From the human T2T-CHM13v2.0 reference genome, Homo sapiens, in NCBI RefSeq assembly GCF_009914755.1, contig NC_060925.1: 64,000 nt of DNA; one strand, written 5' to 3'. Positions 55,866 through 64,000 of the stretch are shown piece after piece. The notes beneath the pieces were generated by a model. The model did not search any database. It was not told the DNA's origin and was given only the letters and a program-made list of their open reading frames with translations. Position 1 is the stretch's first letter, and every line of letters starts with the position of its first letter. Both the position numbers and the translations under genes were made by a program.

Positions 55866-57703
55866 GTATATCAGCAAAACAAAAAAAAATTTTCCTCATT
55901 AAATATATTTTAACTTGTTTGCTGAAGTTTTACAAATACAAAAAAGTATACACAACCTAAGAGTGTATCTCTCTGAATGTTCACATGAAGTCAGTACCCT
56001 GATTAAGAAATCAAACAGCAACACCAGAAGCCCCTCTTCTTAACTCCTCCCACCTCCCAAAAGGTACTAGCCACACTTCTAACATCATAAATTACTACAT
56101 TTATATGAAATCCAAAAACTAACATATCATTCTGAGGAGGGTCTTGAGTATCTATATAGGGGTCTTAAGTATCTTTCATTAGATTTATTTCCTATTATTA
56201 ATCGAGTTTTGTAGGTTTTTGGATTTTATATAAATGGAGTTATACAACATGTATTAAACGTATCTGCTCTCTTATCCTCAAAATTGTAAGAGCCATCCAC
56301 TTGTTGCATGCAGCTGTGGTTTGTTCATTTTCACTGCTCTATGGTAGTCGTTTGTATAAATCATATTTATTTAACCATTCTCCCATTAATGAACAATTGG
56401 ATTATTTGCAGTTTGGGCTATTAAAAATTGCGATGTTATGAACTTTCTACTGCATGTCTTTTGGTACAAACAAGCATTCATTTTTGTTGGGCATATACCC
56501 AGGAGTGGAAATATCACAGGACATGTGTATGTTCAGCTCTAGTAGAAAATTCCAAGTAGCTTTCCAAATTGGTTCTAGTAATTTACATTTCCACAAGAGT
56601 ATACAAGAGCTTGTGCTACTTCTACATACTATGCAACATTACAACTGGTACTGTCAGTCTTTATTTTAGCAATTCTGGTGGGTATGAATGCTTTATCACT
56701 GCAGTTTTAGTTTGCATTTCCCTGATTTTTATTAGGTATCTAGATGTCTCTTTTTGTGAATATCTGCTTGAATTAAGTCTCTTGTCCATTTTTCTCCTGA
56801 GTTGTCAACTTTTTTCTTCTTTGATTTCTAAGCCCTTTATATATTCTAGATATGATATCATTGTTGGTTATCTGTGATGCATATATCTTATGCCATTCTA
56901 TGAATTGCCTTTTCACTCTTAACGGTGTCTTGATGGATGTAAGTTCTTCACTTTGATTCTGTTCAAATTAGCAATCTTTTCCTTTATAGTTACTGCTTTA
57001 GTGCCCTGTTTAACAAATGTTTCTCAATCACAAGGTCATGAAAATATTGTCCCATATTATCTTGTAGAAGCTTTATTATTTTACCTTTCATATTTCTATC
57101 CCCAATCCAACTGGAATTGATCTGTGCCTATGGTGTGAGGTAGGGATCAAGTTTGCTATTTGTTTCAATATGGCTGTCCAAATGATCCAGCACTATCACT
57201 GTGCTGCAGGTTTGCCTGCAGCACATAAATCAAGTGTCTATAAGGCTCTATTTTCACCTACAGATCAATATGCCTTTTTGCCAACTCTACAATGTCTTAA
57301 CTGTTGTAGCTTTATACGAAATCTAGATGACCATTAGAGTGTGTCTTCCTGTTTCATTCTTCAAAATTGCTTTGGCTCTTCTCAGTCCTTTGTGTGCAGC
57401 TAGTTTTACATTCTGATTATCAGTTTCTACCAAAGAAATTTTGGGGACTTTGAGGTTGCATGAAAGCTAACATATCAATCTGAGGAGGCTCTTAAGTATC
57501 TTTATAGGGGTCTTGAGGATCTTTCATTAGATTTATTATTTTCTATTATTAATCGAGTTCTAAGTATTAGAATCTTCTAATATTCCTAATAATTTACATT
57601 AAGGTTTTTTCCTCTAAATACACAATCATGTGATCGGCAATGGACAGCTTTATTTCTTCCTTTCCAATCCATTCACAATGTATTTATCTCCATACACTGG
57701 CTA

Positions 57704-58141
<438 letters not shown>

Positions 58142-58723
58142 TTATTGATATCTTTTATCTGGGGAAAAACCCTACTACTTGACAGCTAAGGGTTTCCATC
58201 ATGATTGAATACTGCATTTTATCAAGTCCTCCCCAACATCTCTTGAGGTGACTGGTTTTTCTGTTTTTATGCAGTAAGTTACACTGATGATTTTCTAGTA
58301 TTAAACCAACCTTACATTCCTAGGATAAACAATCTTGGTCCTCATATATCAATTTTTATAAATCTCTAGATTTTTGTTTGATATTGCTCTGTTTGAAATT
58401 TTTACATGTACTTTTATGAGTGAGATTAACCTGTAATTTCCTCTCTATTGTATTCATACCAGGTTTTGATACCAAAGTAATGCTGGACTTAAAATGAATT
58501 GGCACTGTAGAGTTGACAAAAAGATAGGCATCCTCTTTTTGTATTCTCTGGAAAAAAGTACGTAATACTGGTGTTCTTTAAAGGATTGGTTGAAAAGAAC
58601 ACCACCAGTAGAGCCAGCTAAACAAAGTTTTCTTCCTTTTACTTCTTTTAATGATAGTCTTAATTTCTTTAAAGTGTTTTCGTAGGAATTTCTACATCTA
58701 CATTTTCAAAATTACTAAAATAA

Positions 58724-59204
<481 letters not shown>

Positions 59205-60499
59205 TGTTTCTGCTCTTATCTTTATTGTTACCCTCTTTCTATTAATATTCTATATGGCTTTAATGGCCTATTATTTAATTTCTTGAGATGCATCCTGAGT
59301 TCTGGCTGAAAAGTCAACAATACTTCTTTTTCAAGATAAACATTTTAGCCTCTAAATTTCATTTTAATCACAAGTTTAGTTGCATTCTATTAGTGTTAAT
59401 ATGTGGCATGTTCATCATTATTCAGCTCAACCAATTTTTCTTATTTCATCGTGATTTCTTCTCGGACTCATGGACTATTCAGAAAGGTATTTCTTAACAC
59501 CTACACCTATGGGATTCTCTATTATCTTATTTCTAGATTAATTCTGCTGTGACCATACACTTTGTATGATTTTAATCCTTTGAAATTTGTTGACACTTTC
59601 TTTAGGGCCAAGCATATATACAATTTTGAAATTGTGACGTACATTTCAAAGGTATGTGGTATATATGTCAATTAGGCTAGGGAGGTAATTGTATTGTTCA
59701 AACCTTCTATACATTCTTACAGACCTTTTTTTCTGACTGCCTGTTCCATCAGTTACTAACAGAAGTAAGTTAAAGTCTCCTGCTGTGACTCATAAATTTG
59801 TAACCAGAACAAGAGGAACTGTGAAATATCTGGTTCCAAAATGGCAGCGCAGAAGCAAGCTATGGCAAAAACCACCATTACTTTTGCACCAACCTAATAG
59901 TTCCCTACTCTCCCTGCACCCCAACAAAACAAAATCAAGTATACAGCACCAGCAATATCCCACAACTCAAATAGGAGTAGGAGACAGTTCCTGGAGACAC
60001 AGAGAAATAAAAAAGCTCTCAGCAGACAGTAAGAGAATCAGACCTCCATATCCACAATGGCCCTCCCCACAGCCTGTTGGCACCAAGCACGCAGAAAATC
60101 TCCCCCAACTCACGCCTTCTACACTGGAAAAAGTGAGATCAAGGTAAACAACAAACTTCTCCACCATCCTGGGTTCACGGCAAAAGACTCATCTGTCATC
60201 TCAAACCATGGGAAGCATTGGGAGTGCCAGAAGGGAGAAATATCCCTGAGAACAGCCAAAGTGGGGAAGCAGGACTAGCCCAGAAAGTCTGCTCTGTAAC
60301 TTGGCCAAAGGAGACACCGAGTCAAAGTGGCTGTTCAGCAGCACCATAGCCAGCCTTCCCACACTACCAGGACATCCCCATTGGGACTTCCTCAATTTGG
60401 GATGGGTAGCACTCTGTTTACTAGAACCTAGGCAAATCTGAACTTTTTTTTTTTTTTCCTGAGACAAGGGCTTCCTGTGCCCCCCAAGGCTGGAGGTAG

Positions 60500-60776
<277 letters not shown>

Positions 60777-60796
60777 TTATGCACATTTTACCATAA

Positions 60797-60926
60797 GGCT
60801 GGAGTGCAGTGGCTATTCACAGGCACAATCATGGGACACGACAGTCTTGAACTCCTGGCCCTAGGCAGTTATCCTGCCTCAGCCTCCCAAATAGCTGGGA
60901 CTATAGGCACAAGCCACTGTGCCCAC
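60797..60926 (-). mobile_element. FLAM-type Alu monomer
   Basis: ggctggagtgcagtggctattcacagg is a 7SL/FLAM_A-like signature. Confidence 0.8.
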
Positions 60927-61225
60927 CCTCCTGATGTGGTTTTTATAAATATTGGGGTGGGGGTGTCACAATTCCTTAGAAGACACTAGAAACCCAAAGC
61001 TACTAAATTTTAACATTATCAGAAAATTAGAAGACCCATTTTAAGGCAAATCAATATCCCTGCTTGGCAAACAGCTTAAAATGGCAAACAAGAGAAAAGA
61101 TGTGTTACATTTACTTTTTCAATTGTTCATAACAGAATGCTAGAAAAAGTTGTGGAAAATATTACTAGGATCAAAATTACATAAACTACTGTTTCCTTTT
61201 TCCAATATAAAAATTTGAAATCTGG

Positions 61226-61515
61226 GGTTGGGCACAGTGGCTCATGCCTGTAATCCCAGCACTTTGGGAGGCCAAGGCGGGCAGATCACGATGTCAGGAG
61301 ATTGAGACCATCCTGGCCAACATGGTGAAACCCTGTCTCTACTGAAAATACAAAAATTAGCTGGGCTTGGTGGTGCGTGCCTGTAATCCCTGCTACTCGG
61401 GAGGCTGAGGCAGGAGAAAAGCTTGAACCAGGGAAGTCAGGCTGCAGCGAACAGAGATCGCACCACTGCACGCCAGCCTGGCGACAGTGAGACTCCGTCT
61501 CAAAAACAAAAACAA
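61226..61515 (+). mobile_element. Alu (Sc-type)
   Basis: Consensus; gaaccagggaagtc and cctggcgacag. Confidence 0.92.
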
Positions 61516-61612
61516 ATTTTTTTTAATCTGAATTAATTCTTTCACTCATCTAACCATTGAGGATAGACAGTACTGCAAATAATCTTTAAAAGTATTAAAA
61601 TTAAATATTTTC

Positions 61613-61946
<334 letters not shown>

Positions 61947-62317
61947 TTAGTATGTTCACTTAATAACTACTTATTGGATGTCCACTGAGCATGCTGTCAG
62001 GTTTGGACTACATCATAATCCTAAATTCTGTGCTTCAGAACCAGTGAGCTTGAGTCTAGACTGGTGGTGACGTTCCATCTCACACATGCCTATACATTTT
62101 TAGCCTGACCATAACAGAGTAAACAGTGCAGTAAACACCCACAGTTCCTTGTGACCTCGCTCACTATCTTATCCTGTCTATGAGGTCATACATGACCCTT
62201 TCTCCTATCTTCTCAACAAACTGATGATGCTTTTATGCCCTCACTGTGCTCTATTTTACACTTATCACAACTGAAACATTTAACTGTGGTTCTTTGCTTA
62301 TGTGCTTAACATCTCCA

Positions 62318-62507
62318 TCCTGCCTCAGCCTCCTGAGTAGCTGGGATTACAGGCGCGCGCCACTACGTCTGGCTAATTTTTGTATTTTTAGTAGAGACTG
62401 GGTTTCACCATGGTAGTCAGGCTCTTCTCAAACTCCTGAGCTTGTGATCCACTCACCTCGGCCTCCCAAAGTACTGAGATTAAAGGCGTGAGCCACTGCA
62501 CCCAGCC
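62318..62507 (-). mobile_element. Alu, partial
   Basis: Left arm plus part of the right arm. Confidence 0.9.
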
Positions 62508-62577
62508 AACATTCCCATTCTTTACTGCATCTTTGATTCAAGGTCAGGAACGATATTCTATATAAAACCCAAGCACA

Positions 62578-62950
<373 letters not shown>

Positions 62951-63110
62951 TTATATAACATATTTATATAATTGTACATATTCAATTTTGTAAGTAAATG
63001 GTGGGTGGTTTTAACAGCTCTTACTATAGAAAGTTTAGATATTTAGTAAATTATAACAACATGTGCCCACTTAGAACAGACTGATAACCATTAAGATATG
63101 TAAGAATGAT

Positions 63111-63269
63111 GGCCAGCCACAGTGGCTCATGCCTATAATCTCAGCTACTCAGGAGACTGAGGCAGAAGGATCACTTGAGCCCAGGAGGTCAAGGCTGCAG
63201 TGAGCTATGGTCACACCACTGCATTCCAGCCTGGGCAACAGAGCAAAACTCTGTGTCAAAAAAAAAAAA
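63111..63269 (+). mobile_element. Alu monomer (FRAM/AluJ-like)
   Basis: Single-arm consensus with poly-A. Confidence 0.85.
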
Positions 63270-63289
63270 CCCGAAATGCAAGAATGAAA

Positions 63290-64000
63290 GACAGAAAACC
63301 AATTATTTATTAGATTTATTCTTAGGGATGGTGTTTCCTTAAGTATCATTATATTAATAAAATTATATTTTCTAATCGTTTATTGCTTATACAAAAATGC
63401 GAGTGGCTTTTATATACTGATCACGTAACCAGCAACCTCACTGAAAATCTTGTTAGTTCTAATAGTTTATCTGCAGATACTCCTGGGAGATTTTTATGCA
63501 GACAATTACATCATTGGTGAGTAACCAGCTGTTTCTTTCTTATCAATTCTTACTGCTTCTATTTCTTAAACTTTGTATGGCTAGGTTATCTAGTACCTCC
63601 TCTGTATCACTAAATGAAAGTGATTAGAGCTGAAATGCTCAATTTATTCACAAGTTTAACGGGAATGCTCTTGACACTGTACAATCCTGTAAGATACCTG
63701 CTGTATGCTTCTATTATCTACCCATATCAGCTTAACAAGATTAATTTTATGCCTAATGTGATGAGAACTGTTATGTATTGATTCAAATTTTATCAAATGC
63801 TTTTTCCAGAACCTCTTGCTTTTGTAGGTTTTCTCCTGGGAAATAACATTAGTAAGTTATCTAATGTTAACCATCCTTATATTACTAAGGCAAACAATGA
63901 TAAGCCCTATTTGATCAAGAAGTGCTTTTGTTTTGTTTTTTACTCATTACTACATTTGGTCTGCTAATATCTTATTGAGGACTATTATATCTAGGTATAT
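63290..64000 (-). mobile_element. Old L1M fragment
   Basis: Antisense L1 ORF2-like phrases (ttatcaaatgcttttt; aaccatccttatatt). Confidence 0.6.

Overview
Primate (almost certainly human) genomic DNA lying wholly inside ENAH (Mena, Ena/VASP family), transcribed on the minus strand. The window holds coding exons 3-12. Exons 1-2 lie beyond the right edge and exons 13-14 beyond the left edge. All splice junctions could be read (GT-AG) and they chain into the known Mena protein: C-terminal EVH1, LERER repeat, proline-rich core and most of EVH2. All known alternative segments are present: the 57-nt INV/+++ exon, the 12-nt ++ microexon (VFYL), the 684-nt 5' extension of exon 6 (Mena+), skippable exon 6 and the 63-nt exon 11a with its distal RBFOX sites and long-range RNA bridge. 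Introns carry about 31 Alu copies plus old L1, L2 and DNA-transposon remnants. The top observation is a compact internal promoter in intron 4 (perfect MEF2 site, GATA site, TATAAAAG). It is followed by an ATG-containing first exon (MRVYSPPIGLRRPDGPKVDRLL) whose GTGAGT donor is in phase with exon 5, predicting a muscle/heart Mena lacking EVH1. About 2.6 kb upstream is a candidate terminal exon that would give an EVH1-only protein, so intron 4 may split the gene into two halves. Candidate poison or recursive splice sites and a nested hairpin in intron 3 are also reported. Novel items are sequence-based predictions only, and some may already be annotated.
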